Of a stretch of DNA of 64,000 nucleotides, positions 25,041 through 38,070 are shown piece by piece. The position numbers were made by a program, and so were the translations under genes. Numbering within the stretch: the first letter of the stretch is position 1; the number at the start of each line of letters is the position of its first letter. The stretch is taken from NCBI RefSeq assembly GCF_036971445.1, contig NC_091480.1:95356001-95420000 (forward strand), given 5' to 3'. The notes under the pieces are model-generated. The model was not told the origin of the DNA, ran no database searches, and saw only the letters and a program-made list of their open reading frames with translations. This DNA comes from Narcine bancroftii. Lineage: Eukaryota.

Positions 25041-27704
25041 CAGTTATTATCTGGGAGGATCATTTATGAGCCTTTTACCTGCTCAAGGAATAACTGATCG
25101 ATATTATTTTACTTTAATACAGGTCAAGCAGAAATTCATCAGGAAACTGATTCACAACCTCCTGTGTTTAAATATCAAGGCATATATGTTAACAGGGTTA
25201 TTTCACAGTACCTCTGTTTGCACCTGAGTCAATTTGCTCCAGATTAGTGGGATTAAGATTTTGATTTCTGCTGATAGTCTATCTTTTTTCTCCCCTGGGA
25301 TATTGCACAGAACTATTTAGCAGTCAATATCAATTTATTAAGCCATGCAGAAAGTGGCAAAGCATGTTGTCATTTCAAGATGCTTGTCTAAAATAGAGTT
25401 CAGACACACTGATTAAACAGAGCAGAGTGAACATACAACAGCTCCTTTTAACACTGGTTGCTAAAAGTGGAAAGGTATTTCATTCATCAGTGTTGATCCC
25501 CCTCATTTTCTTTCAGAAAGCACCCGACAAAATGATATGCACATATCAATATTTTGTGCCAAGCATTCTCTTTAGTGGTTTAAGAGAAATTAGTACGTCC
25601 TGATTGAGATTTAGTTATGTCAATTTGAATAATCCCCACCTCTGCATTGATTGTAATAAAATCAAGTTTGGAAACCTGTTCATTCCTATTCATCATCAAG
25701 TGGCATCAATTACCAACCAGTTAAGAATGTAGAATAGGCAGCCATGGGAAAGTAGATTAACTCACCCCCCCCCCCCATGAAATATGGATATTATAAAAAC
25801 CTGTCTTAGTAGGGAAAGGAATGGAGTTAAGGAAATGGAACAAGGTATAGGTGACATCCATGTTTTCTTTTTAGCCCTTTTAGTTTAGTTTTATTTCTTA
25901 CTTGGGTTATTTAATTAACTAGGTTGTTCTTTTTTTAGGTTTTTGGTGGGAGATTTAAACCCCATTTGTATAATCGGCCTGGTTATGTGTTTCGGGGCAA
26001 GGGAGGGGTGGGAGAAAACACATGAATGTTGAAAAACGATTGTATCGATTGTTGAAATTACTTTGCTTCTGTAAAAAGTCAAAATGAAATATTCAAAAAA
26101 TAGGCCAGGAAAAGGACAATGACCCATCAGTCAGTGGCACAAACTCATGTTGCCTTGCAGGAGAATTAAAACGAAGATAATTTTATGAGACAAATGCTTT
26201 CTTTTAATTAGCTTCCCCAAAAAACTGGAAGGGGGTGGAGAGAGCAAAGGGATTATCTGTGATGTGGAGTGCAGAGTGGAGATCAAACCTGACAAGGTAC
26301 CAATTACTTAACAGTGACTTTAAAATCCAGCAATTAGAGATAGACAAAAAAGAGATGCAAATCAAAGCAGAGAGCGCAGCCACATCTGTAGAGAAAGAGA
26401 AACAAGCAGTTCTTAACTGAAGCTATTAAATTCAATATTACATTAAGAGGGCAGCAATGAGCCCAGTTGGAAGATGAAGTGGTGTTCCTTGAGCTTATGT
26501 TGGGTATCACTGGAACAATATAAGATGCTGAACACAGAAAGGAGTGGGAGTCCAACAAAGAATTGATGTGATTAGTGTTGGTGGCTACAATTCAATTTTT
26601 GCTATGTTATTCTCAAGAGTTGTCATGAAGTAATCCTGATTGCATTGGAATGATCTAAAGAAAGGAAAGATATGACCTGTGTCCACATTCTGTCTTCTTT
26701 CAAGAACACCACTACTCAGGGTAAACTGAATGCGACATGTTCAGTGCAATTTACCTGCTGGTTAACCCAAATCGTATCTCCGTCACTGCATCCTATAGCT
26801 GCCGGGGGTGTAGGGTAATTGGACGGCACTGACTCGTGGGCCAAAATGGCCTGTTACTGTGCTATATGTCTAAATTAAAAATTAAAAGGTTGCCCACCCC
26901 TGCTAGCACAATATGTCCTAAAATAGTCCAAAAGGAAATATGTTAGTTTGACATAACAAATAAACTATGTTTTGAAAAAAGCTGAAATTTGTTTCTCCTA
27001 GTTGAGGAATTTCTTTGCATTAACAAGATATGTTCTCCATTGCCTTGGATAGGAAATAATTTGGGATCATCTGATGAAGCCCTTTATCTCAGGTAGTTCT
27101 CATCTCAATAAGGCTCTTTTTTAAAATCAAGGAATATTACCAATTTTCATGTAAACCAATAATTTACCTTTACAGTTTATTCCAAATTGCTTCTGCAGTC
27201 ATTTTCTGATAATGTGCAATTTAATTTTATTTTCTTTGTCCAATTCAAAAATTTTGCTATATTTGAACTTTTTTTTTGCAAAGTTTTATGCTAAGGTCAG
27301 GATTGCAATGAAAACAGCCATGGGTGTTGATATTAAATTCTCTTTAGCAATTAATCAATAAAAATCATTTAAAAATTAATCATCTGCAATGATGGTGTAA
27401 ACTTAATTATTATGATTAATGATATGTTACATAAATATTTGCATTTTTTTTTTAAAAGGGCAGAAAATGAAGTCATTTATAGCAGGGACAGTTTCAATGT
27501 AATAAGGCTGGGTTGTGCCTGAGTAAGTTGGAATCAAGCTTTGGCATGTAACTGAATGTGCAAGGCTTTAAAGAGTGCAGAAAGATATAAAATTGATTCC
27601 AGGGACTTACACGGAACAAAACAAAAAATGGCTGTAGACACCGTGATTGAAGCAATGCTGGAGAAACTTAGCAGGTCAAACGGAGCAAAGATAAAGATAC
27701 ATAA

Positions 27705-27734
27705 CCAACGTTTCGGGCTTGAGCCTTTCATCAG
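27705..27734 (-). ncRNA. Minimal hammerhead-ribozyme-like core in a PLE terminus
   Basis: Minus strand reads CUGAUGA-AAGGC-UCAA-GCCC-GAAA-CG-UU-GG; PLE terminal repeats are known to carry minimal type I hammerheads; stem II has one mismatch and helix I is not cleanly closed. Confidence 0.5.
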
Positions 27735-28084
27735 TTACGTGGCTAGCCTGATGAACCTATAGTCATTCTTTTTCTTGAATAGAGTACATTGTGAGCAGCG
27801 AGAATGAGCGTGTTGACATGGCCGTTGCACAAAAAAAATCTTTCTTTTGGCAGAATAGTCGAGAACAAGGGGACGTAGAATAAAAGTGATTGGCTAAGAA
27901 AATGTGGACAGGATGGGGAATTGGAACCATTTCTTTTTCTCTGCATGGAGCCAATTTTGACCAAATTCTACAATTCAAATACGTTGTGATCCAAACAATT
28001 TGTCATGTAGATTTTAGTCAAAGCCTATATGGCAAAATAGATCTTCTTGATGTTGTAAGAAATGTACAAGCAAGAAAAGATGTA

Positions 28085-28300
28085 AAATTTCAGATTTATT
28101 GTCAGGGTACATAGATGACATTACATACAACCCTGAGATTCCTTTCCAGGCATGGTAAAATTACTAATGATTGGTGATGCATAAAATAAACTGTACACAG
28201 TATAAACATGTAAACAAATAAAAGAACTATAAAGAGATAACAAATGTAAACAAACTGTGCAATGCCAAGAAAACAAACATAATTTACTGGAATAAAATGC
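28085..28300 (-). mobile_element. Rex1/Babar 3' tail
   Basis: cagatttattgtcag...tacaaccctgagattcc is the reverse complement of 37450-37505. Confidence 0.65.
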
Positions 28301-28399
28301 ATCATAAACATCAATGCCTATCTTGAAAATTCTTGTTTAATTATCTCCTTTCTGCTTCTTAGCCTGCAGTAACACCATTTTAAAAATATATTGTTCACC

Positions 28400-30365
28400 A
28401 GCAATCTCCAACCAGACCGCATCAATATTGACCTCCATTTTCTGTGAACCCCCTCCCCCAGCCTCTCATCCCTCTTTCTCCCTTCCACCAGCTCCCCATC
28501 CCCTTTTCTCCCTTCTCAGAAACTTAGCTCTTTCCTAGCCCTCTGCCCTCTCTGCTGATCAATTTTTATCTCCTTTTTCTTCCTCCTTCCCACCTGTATC
28601 CCTCTTGTCTGTTCCCTCCACCTTTTTTTAATTCTGATGTCTGCCTGATTTTTTTTGCATTCCTGAAGCAGGGCCCCAGGCCTGAAGCAGGGCCCCAGGC
28701 CTGAAGCAGGGCCCCAGGCCTGAAGCAGGGCCCCAGGCCTGAAGCAGGGCCCCAGGCCTGAAGCAGGGCCCCAGGCCTGAAGCAGGGCCCCAGGCCTGAA
28801 GCAGGGCCCCAGGCCTGAAGCAGGGCCCCAGGCCTGAAGCAGGGCCCCAGGCCTGAAGCAGGGCCCCAGGCCTGAAGCAGGGCCCCAGGCCTGAAGCAGG
28901 GCCCCAGGCCTGAAGCAGGGCCCCAGGCCTGAAGCAGGGCCCCAGGCCTGAAGCAGGGCCCCAGGCCTGAAGCAGGGCCCCAGGCCTGAAGCAGGGCCCC
29001 AGGCCTGAAGCAGGGCCCCAGGCCTGAAGCAGGGCCCCAGGCCTGAAGCAGGGCCCCAGGCCTGAAGCAGGGCCCCAGGCCTGAAGCAGGGCCCCAGGCC
29101 TGAAGCAGGGCCCCAGGCCTGAAGCAGGGCCCCAGGCCTGAAGCAGGGCCCCAGGCCTGAAGCAGGGCCCCAGGCCTGAAGCAGGGCCCCAGGCCTGAAG
29201 CAGGGCCCCAGGCCTGAAGCAGGGCCCCAGGCCTGAAGCAGGGCCCCAGGCCTGAAGCAGGGCCCCAGGCCTGAAGCAGGGCCCCAGGCCTGAAGCAGGG
29301 CCCCAGGCCTGAAGCAGGGCCCCAGGCCTGAAGCAGGGCCCCAGGCCTGAAGCAGGGCCCCAGGCCTGAAGCAGGGCCCCAGGCCTGAAGCAGGGCCCCA
29401 GGCCTGAAGCAGGGCCCCAGGCCTGAAGCAGGGCCCCAGGCCTGAAGCAGGGCCCCAGGCCTGAAGCAGGGCCCCAGGCCTGAAGCAGGGCCCCAGGCCT
29501 GAAGCAGGGCCCCAGGCCTGAAGCAGGGCCCCAGGCCTGAAGCAGGGCCCCAGGCCTGAAGCAGGGCCCCAGGCCTGAAGCAGGGCCCCAGGCCTGAAGC
29601 AGGGCCCCAGGCCTGAAGCAGGGCCCCAGGCCTGAAGCAGGGCCCCAGGCCTGAAGCAGGGCCCCAGGCCTGAAGCAGGGCCCCAGGCCTGAAGCAGGGC
29701 CCCAGGCCTGAAGCAGGGCCCCAGGCCTGAAGCAGGGCCCCAGGCCTGAAGCAGGGCCCCAGGCCTGAAGCAGGGCCCCAGGCCTGAAGCAGGGCCCCAG
29801 GCCTGAAGCAGGGCCCCAGGCCTGAAGCAGGGCCCCAGGCCTGAAGCAGGGCCCCAGGCCTGAAGCAGGGCCCCAGGCCTGAAGCAGGGCCCCAGGCCTG
29901 AAGCAGGGCCCCAGGCCTGAAGCAGGGCCCCAGGCCTGAAGCAGGGCCCCAGGCCTGAAGCAGGGCCCCAGGCCTGAAGCAGGGCCCCAGGCCTGAAGCA
30001 GGGCCCCAGGCCTGAAGCAGGGCCCCAGGCCTGAAGCAGGGCCCCAGGCCTGAAGCAGGGCCCCAGGCCTGAAGCAGGGCCCCAGGCCTGAAGCAGGGCC
30101 CCAGGCCTGAAGCAGGGCCCCAGGCCTGAAGCAGGGCCCCAGGCCTGAAGCAGGGCCCCGGCCTGAAGCAGGGCCCCGGCCTGAAGCAGGGCCCCGGCCT
30201 GAAGCAGGGCCCAGGCCTGAAGCAGGGCCCAGGCCTGAAGCAGGGCCCAGGCCTGAAATGTCAGCTGCCTTTTACTTTCCATAGATGCTGAGTGACCTGC
30301 AGAGTTTTCCCAGCACTTCTGGGCACCACACTCGACCCCATCGTCTGCAGATTGCCTTGTTTGCC
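28400..30365 (+). mobile_element. PLE 3' end hosting the 19-bp array
   Basis: ctccaaccagaccgcatcaatattgac (LQPD.INID, end of GIY-YIG domain), pyrimidine tract, array, then tail catagatgctg...cctgcagagttttcccagcac...tctgcag. Confidence 0.75.
28662..30258 (+). repeat. 19-bp minisatellite (CCTGAAGCAGGGCCCCAGG)x78 plus 6 variant 18-bp units
   Basis: Apparently perfect units 28662-30143, 3 units lacking an A (30144-30197), 3 lacking a C (30198-30251), then cctgaaa. Confidence 0.98.
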
Positions 30366-33149
30366 TATAACTTGGTTTTTTTCTTAATGGTTATGACTAT
30401 TCTGAATTCTATCATGGGAAGAGCTTACAATTTGAACAGAGGAAAAGATGCATGAATTGAAGCCTGCTTTAACAAATGCAACGTCCCTCATTGACATGGG
30501 ATTCTTGGCAGATAGCCACTCAAACTGGAGAAGGGGCGCGTGTGATGGTATTGACAGCTTGAGTCCATGCAACAGGAGTACATAGAATACAAGTGGAAGG
30601 TGCATTTCACCTCACAAAGTACAAACCAGTCCATCCAGTCAGTCCTTTCTCATCTGTGGAAAATCTACGGTTCCCACATTGCCTTCATCGGTCACCTCAG
30701 AACCCGCAAGACAAGGGTGGAAGCAAATCATTCTTTATCCTGAGGAACTGGCTGAGATGAAGACCAAAATGCATGCATCTTCTGATCTTCCTTGAGCCCT
30801 CACAAGTTGAGGTGAACCTCTATACTCTCAGCATCCTCAATCTCAATTCAACACCAAGAGACTCATCACAGGGTCAGTGTAATCACAGCTCAGAGGCACA
30901 GCTCAACAGTCATTCTTTCCTCTCCCAGTTCCAAACCTCATTATTCTAACCATCTGTTGCATGGCCTCTCTCAGTGATGAACATTACTTGTAATCTCCTA
31001 ATGCCTTACATTAAAAACAATTGCCGCCTAATTCACATCTCTATTCATGCTACGCCAATCACCACCTTATCCTTCATGCTTCCCAAACTCTGGAAAATCC
31101 TTCCAACCACCATCCACTCCCCCCATTTATATTCACCTTTCTGACATTGTCTTCTGAAAATTTAGTGATTTCCATGCATGATTATATTACTCTCATTTGT
31201 AAAAGTAGTGGAGCAGCAAGTGATTCTGTTCCCTCAGACCTCCGGCAACCTGGATCCTATCCTAATCTTGTGTGGAGTCTGTACATTCTTCCCGTGACTA
31301 TGTCATGCTCCAAATTCTTCCCAAAGATATGCTGATGAGTTCATTGATGACTATAAATTTTCACTACTGTAAGTGAGAGGGCAGGCCAAGAGAATCAGGA
31401 GGCATCAATTGACATGAGAATGGGAAAAGATTACAGGGGAATAAATGCAAGAATTTTTTTTCGGGTAACAAACTCAATGGACATATTGTTATGGCATATT
31501 ATCTATTTCACATTCAGTTATCGATGTGTAGCATGTGAGATCTCTACCCAAATAAAACCACTTTTTTTTTGCTCATTTTCTCCGAGAAGCCTTGGGTAGA
31601 ATGAATATACCAAAATAAGCAAACTTCAGTTATTCTATCAATTTTTCAGACACTATATTCCATCTCAAATATCCTGCTTCTGCATAATCATTATATTTGA
31701 ACTGTTTGAGGCATATATTTTCTCTGCCGCATTACAATCACCAAGAGAAATAGGAGAGCATGAGAAATGGGGCCAGGAATAGACCAAGTGGTCCTTCCAG
31801 CTGCTATGCCCATTTCACGTTGCTGACCACAAAGAAGCACTCTCACCCAATCCGTCAATTCTCCTAGATTCCAAAATTTTATTCATATTAGCCTTGAATA
31901 TTCTCAACAAGAAGATAAAGTTACTGACATTCTGTTCTCACATCTGCAGTTATACATATTCACCCAAACAAGCACAGACCATCTGCCATTAAGTAATACA
32001 TAATATCATTATAAATTCAAAGGGAGAGGTTGATTAGACGCGAGAGACAGTTTTGGAGGAGCATCGAGAAATAAGGAGAGAGGGGATGGGAATCATGGAA
32101 TTACTTCTCCTTCGGTGTCATTTTGGGATGAGATAAGTAAAAAGAACTTGCTGAAGAAATGGAAAGAGTCCATTTTCGATCATTTCCGCTGCAATAGAAC
32201 TCAGTTTGTAACTTATTACAGAATGAAATAAATTAGAACCATAGAACACGACAGCACAGGAACAGACCCCTTCAGCCCGTCTCGTCTCTGCCGAACCATT
32301 TTTTTTTGTTGCTTAGTCCCACTGTCCTGCATCCAATCCATAGCTCTCCCATTCATGGACCAGCCCAAATTCTTCTTAAATGTTAAAATTGAGCCCCGCC
32401 TTTAACACTGAGCTTTTAGCATGAATTTAACCTGGAGCTCGGTCACATTTCTTAATGGTGAGAATTGCACCATGGCTGTTTTCAGTTCAGCGAATGATTT
32501 GTGCTGGTTACCCTTGACTCAAAAGACCAGACTGAACCACATAATGATTTTTAAAAAGAACAACTGCATGTTGTAACAAACATGAGCACCATATTCCACT
32601 ATTCCAGCTACAGGTTGATGAACTGCAACTTGGAGGTTCCCACTACTCATGTTGATAGAAACCAACTTACTATTGACACATAGTTTAAGAATACCAAGTC
32701 ACAGTGAGTCTTGGATATAATCAATAATTTTCACATGCAGTGAACTTCCATTATTACCTCTCATTCACAGAAGGCCTCATTTGAGGCCTTGTCAGGTGCA
32801 CCAGTCATGAATGTGGAATGAATCAAGTAATAAATAGGGAATGTAGTGTTCTTACATTGGCTCTGGACAATGTCAACAAACATTAATTTTCCAGCATACC
32901 TCAAGAAATGGGAATAAAAATGAAGCTACTTTTCAACAGACTGTCCCAGGCAGCAGGATGACAAGCCTAATAAGCAAAGGGACAATGTTAGATGCAGAAC
33001 ACCCATTGCAGAGATAGTTTGGGAAATGGAATTAATGTAAGATGAAGGAATTTCCATGCCATAATAAATTTACTTTACAATGAACAAAGAAAAAAATGTG
33101 TTCAACAAAAGTTTATAGAAGAACTAGCCCAAAAAGACTGTAAAAAAAA

Positions 33150-34060
33150 TTATGAATCAAAATGACCCAACACGCTAATGGCATCGTGAAGAAAGCACGA
33201 CAGCGCCTCTACTTCCTCAGGAGTTTGCGGAGTTTTGGTATGACACCAGAAACCCTGGCAAATTTCCACAGATGTGTGGTGGAAAGTGTTCTGATTGGCT
33301 GCATCACGGTCCATAACCATTAGATTAGATTTGATTCAACTTCATTGTCATTGGGCCAAGTGAAATACAAAGCCATTGAAATACAATTAGCATCCAACTA
33401 GAAGTTAAAAAATATACAAAAAAATACGTGTGAATAAAGACAGCGCATTCAGCAAGCAAACAATTATCCAAAAGTGACTGCTGTACATGTAATTCGCATA
33501 GCCAAATCGAGCAAGCATGAAGAAAACAAGCAAGTATTTTAACGCTATTTTCCAAAATCCCTCAAGTCACTGAGCCTCACGGTGCACACGTGTTGCCATC
33601 TTGATGACAATACCCCTGAGCGTAAAGCCCTGCAAAAGGTAGTGAACGAAGCCCAGGACATCATAGGCAAAACCCTCCTCTCCATCGAAAACATCTACAG
33701 GGAACACTGCCATCGAAGAGCAGCAGCACCTCATCAAGGATCCAGTTAACCCAGCACATGTTCTGTTCTCACTGTTGCCATCAGGAAAGAGGTGTAGGTG
33801 CCACAAGACTCACACCACCAGGTTCGGGCCACCATCAAACACAATAAACTCAATCAGGGACTCATTTAAAGGCTTACCGTTGAAATTTATTGATTTCTTT
33901 CTCTGTATATCACAGTATATTTCTTTATTTGCTTACAGTTTTATTTTGCACTATCACAATAAGTGGTAATTCTGCCTCAACCACAGGATTAAGAATCTCG
34001 GTTGTATATGATGTCATGCCTGTACTGACAATAAATATGAAATCTGATTCCAATCAAATA
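33150..34060 (+). mobile_element. Rex1/Babar LINE 3' portion, interrupted by an insertion at about 33320-33605
   Basis: KKARQRLYFLRSLRSFGMTPETLANFHRCVVESVL; LLPSGKR; tail tgacaataaa. Confidence 0.8.
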
Positions 34061-35051
34061 GGATCAGATCAAGAATAGAAATGTAATGGGTTGTGCTAAA
34101 TCTGTCAAGAAATGTTCCATTGGTGTCCTTTGCACAAGTTAAATAAATGCATGTGCAAAATGGATAAATATTGGATTCAATCACAGGGAGAAGTCATTGA
34201 TCGATCCTGGTTCACCCTGGCTGTCATTACCTTGGAATGGATCCTGAGGTGAATCATCTGTGAGAAGCTGGTGGTCTCACCTGATGGGAATATTCATATC
34301 ATATGACAGGCGAAGAAACCCATTGCAATTTTGAGATAATAATTGTGTGAGGGACACCCCATCCAACTTCAACAAGTGATAACGTGCCCGTGATGGCTGT
34401 GAGGGAGGGAAGGGTTAGATTGATGTGGAGTTTATATAGGTCAGCACAACATGGTGGGCCAAAGAGCATGTAGTGTGCTGCACTGTTCTGCTTTCAACAA
34501 GAGCCAGGCCAGGAAATGTCCATATTTTCAATGGATGGTCCAGAAGGAAGCGGCCCTCTTCCAGGAGCAACAATAAAGAAATTAAGTGCTGCTTCTTCTC
34601 TGAAGATACCCACCCCGCTGTCAGCCAGTCAGTGTTCTCTTTTCCATTGGCTGGCTGCAACCCAAGCCTCACAGCAGCCAACTAACTCCACCTGCAACCT
34701 AGTCATGCTTCACCTGAAGTTAAAATCAGCTCTACTCTTTCAACCATATCAACCACAAATATTTCACAAAATTTCACCACATGTTTGGGGATCTTAAATA
34801 GCCTGAAACACTTCAGTTTAATTTCACTTCAGATGCTGAAATAGCAGGGGAGCAGCTGAAAACAGGTGTCAGTACATCTGCAATAATTCAAAGATAATTG
34901 GCAATTTACACCATAAAGCTTCACTCAGACAGAAGGTCGAATGAAGAGCTGGGGCCACGTGAAGTTGTTGTGGTGTGTAGCATCGGCTCATTTCAAAGAA
35001 AGCTAGGTCCATGTAGATATGCTGTAATGGCCAGTGGGAAGTGCTCAAGAC

Positions 35052-35411
35052 CAGTGGTTTTCAAACTTTTTCTTTCCACTCACATACTACCTTAAGTATT
35101 CCCAATGCTATAGGTGCTCTGTGATTAGAAAGGGATTACTTAAGGTGGTATGCGAGTGGAAAAAAAAGAATCATTGCTCTTGACCCAATTTTTACTGAAA
35201 TATTTTGCTTGAAAAAAATTGCCATTAGCCCATTTCCTTTGAAGTTATCACATAACAAGTCAATTAGGTATGATTAAAACACAAGTTTTCAAACTTTTTC
35301 TTTCCAACCACATACCACCTTAAGCAATCCTTTATTAATCACAGAGCATCTATGGCATAGGGAATGCTTAAAGTGGTACGTGAGTGGAAAAAAATGTTTG
35401 AAAACCACCTG
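35052..35411. mobile_element. hAT (Charlie-like) MITE with nested palindromes
   Basis: Terminal inverted repeats CAGTGGTTTTCAAAC / GTTTGAAAACCAC(C)TG; flanks ctcaagac / ctctagat match 6 of 8 and resemble the nTCTAGAn target. Confidence 0.75.
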
Positions 35412-35454
35412 CTCTAGATTAGTTGTGTATCTTCATCTCAGGAGACAAACTCTT

Positions 35455-36765
35455 GACAGAACCATTACATCGACAACCACTTTGGTGCTGCCTCATGCAC
35501 TGTGATGAGCTCGTCGACTTCATCCACTTTGCTGCCAACTTCCACTCTGAACTAAAATTCATTTGATCCATCTGTAGCAACCTATCTTCCCTCGATCTCT
35601 CCGTCTCCATCTCGTGAGTCAAACTCTTGACAGATGTTTTCTACAAACCCACCAACTCCCACAGCTACCTTGACTGCACCTCTTCTCACCCTGTGCCCTG
35701 TAAGGATTCCATTCCATTCTCTCAATTCATCCGTGTCCGCGCATCTGCTTCCAGGTCAAGGTCTTCCAAGCCAGATCATCAGAGATGTCCTCCTTCAAAC
35801 AACATGGTTTTCCCTCTCCCACCATCAACTTGGCCCTCTCCTGCATATCCTCCATTACCCACACATCTACCCTGTCTCTGTTCACCCCGATGCACAACAA
35901 GGACAGGATTCCCTTTGTTCTCATCTATCACCCCACCAGCCTCCACGTTTAATATATTCGCCTCTGCCACTTCTGCCAATCTACTACACATTCCCACAAC
36001 TAAATACATCATCCCCTCTCTGCCTTCTGCAGGAACCACTCCCTCCATGACTCCCTTGACCACTCATCTCTCCCCACCAATTGTCCCCTTGGCACCTACC
36101 CATGATCGCAGGAGATGTTTCATTTGCACCACACCTGCTCCCTCACCAACATTTGGGACCCCAGCAGTTCTTCCAAGTGCAGCAACATTTCACTTTTGAA
36201 TCTGCAGGGGTTATCTACTGCATTTGATGCTCTTGTTGTGGTCTCCTCTACATCAGATAGATTGGGCTTGGTTGAACACCTCATCTCTGTCCATTGCAAT
36301 AGCATGAATCTCCTAGTGGCCACTCATTTCAATTCTCCATCCCATTCCTTTGCTGACATGTCTGTCCGCAAACTGGAGAAACAACACCTCATCATCTGTT
36401 TGGGCACCATCCAACCAGATGGTATTAATGTAGACTTCTCCAGTTTTTGTTAACCACTCCCCACATTCTTCTTTCCCCAGCTCTTTCTCTCTCTTCCCTC
36501 CACCCCCCTTCCTCTGTCTCCTTTCACAGAGCCAATATCAATTCTCCACATCCACCTTTTGTTGGTCTGGACTCCTCCCCCAGCCACCCTTCAGGGTTCT
36601 TTACTCTGACACCTTCCTGTTCTTTGCTTATACCTTGGTCAGGCCCGAAACACTGGTAATATATCTTTACCTCCTATGGATGCTGCAAGTCCAGCTGAGT
36701 TCCTCCAGTCCTTCTGAGTGTATTTACTAAAACCACAGCATCTGCAGACATCCAGGTTTCTCTCT
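35455..36765 (+). mobile_element. Penelope-like retroelement, 3' half
   Basis: YIDN (YIDD), FYKPTNSHSYLDCTSSHPVPCKDSIPFSQFIR, LVEHLISV..LVATHFNSPSHS..RKLEKQHLIICLGTIQPDGINVDFS; frameshifted. Confidence 0.88.
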
Positions 36766-37164
36766 CTTTTTTAAAATTATAGACTACTATCGTTTGATGG
36801 TTTGCTTTTGTGCCAAAAATTCAACATGACTTCAGTTGAGGGGAAATTCACTATTGATGGTGTTCTGCTAAAAGACTCAGCAAGAAATAGATAAGCCATC
36901 TGAAAATTGATTGGTCACCTTATCAATGGGTGAATCCACGGCAATGTCACTGGAAGCTTCGGAGCAGATTGACTGCTGAGTAGCGAATGATGCAGCTGTC
37001 CAATGGGAAGGGAAGTATAAATCAGGAAAAATGAAGAAGCAACAACTTCACTTGGAAAAGAGAGATTTCCAGTGAAACACTTTTCAGCTGGGGATGAGTT
37101 GGAGAGCAGATAAAATGGACCAGCTCTTCTTTAATTCTGCATTGATTTGTGATTTACAATCCAC

Positions 37165-37513
37165 ATCACCCACCACAATCTCTGTTCTCACTGGTACCAT
37201 CAGGAAAGAGGTCTAAGTGCCACAAGATTTGCACCATTAGGTTCAGGAACAGCTGCGACCCCTCCACCATCAGACTCCTCAATGACAAACTCAATCAAGG
37301 ACTCAATTTTTTTTAATTATCTCTGTATTGAACAGTCTTTGTTTAGATTTGCTATCTGTTTACAGTTCTTTATCTGCTTATATGTCTATGTTGTGTACAG
37401 TTTTCTTTGCACCACCAATTAGTGGTAATTCTGCTGAGCCCATAGGAAAAAGGAATCTCAGGGTTGTATGTGATGTCATGTATGTACTCTGACAATAAAT
37501 CTGAAATCTGAAT
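37165..37513 (+). mobile_element. Rex1/Babar 3' end
   Basis: Parallels 33750-34060; ends tgacaataaatctgaaatctgaatc. Confidence 0.7.
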
Positions 37514-37829
37514 CTTGGTTTTGACAGTGCACGTGACTCCAACCAGATTTAATTGGAACCCAGTATTATCATCCCATGAAGTACATGGCTTCCACTTGGA
37601 AGGATTGGAACATGCTACCCATCATCAGAGAACATATTCCAACCCAGCTTTGTTCCTATCCCAGGAGGTAGTCTTTGGATTAGTCAATCTTCATTCCATC
37701 TCAGAACCCATCCTCTACCCCCTCTGCTGCTAGACAGATGCTATTTTGTCAGAAATGGATGAGCAGATGGCCAATGGGATTCAAATCATTCTCAGAGATT
37801 AAAACCAGCCAGGACTACATATTAAATCA

Positions 37830-38070
37830 AGTGAAACACAAAAGTCTGCAGACAGATTGTAGTAAAACTACATCTGAGGGACTCAGCCAGTCATCTTATT
37901 ATCCAAAAAAAGAGCAAAGATATATCGTCGATATTTCAGGCCTGAGGCCTTCTTCAAGGAATAAGCAGAATGAGCCGGAAACAGGAAATCTCAGAGTCTC
38001 AGAATTCAGACAGCATCGGCTGGGGGGAGGAATCCGGACCAACAAAAGGTGTTCATTGGATATAAGGGTC
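37830..38070 (-). mobile_element. PLE terminal repeat
   Basis: Minus strand reads cttgaagaaggcctcaggcctgaaatatcg plus the family tail. Confidence 0.6.

Noticed and set aside
28662-30258. CRISPR-like array
   Set aside because: Repeats are head-to-tail with no spacers, there are no cas genes, and the DNA is eukaryotic.
28516-30282. 588-aa ORF on the minus strand
   Set aside because: Translation of the 19-bp tandem repeat, which lacks stop codons on that strand; no gene context.
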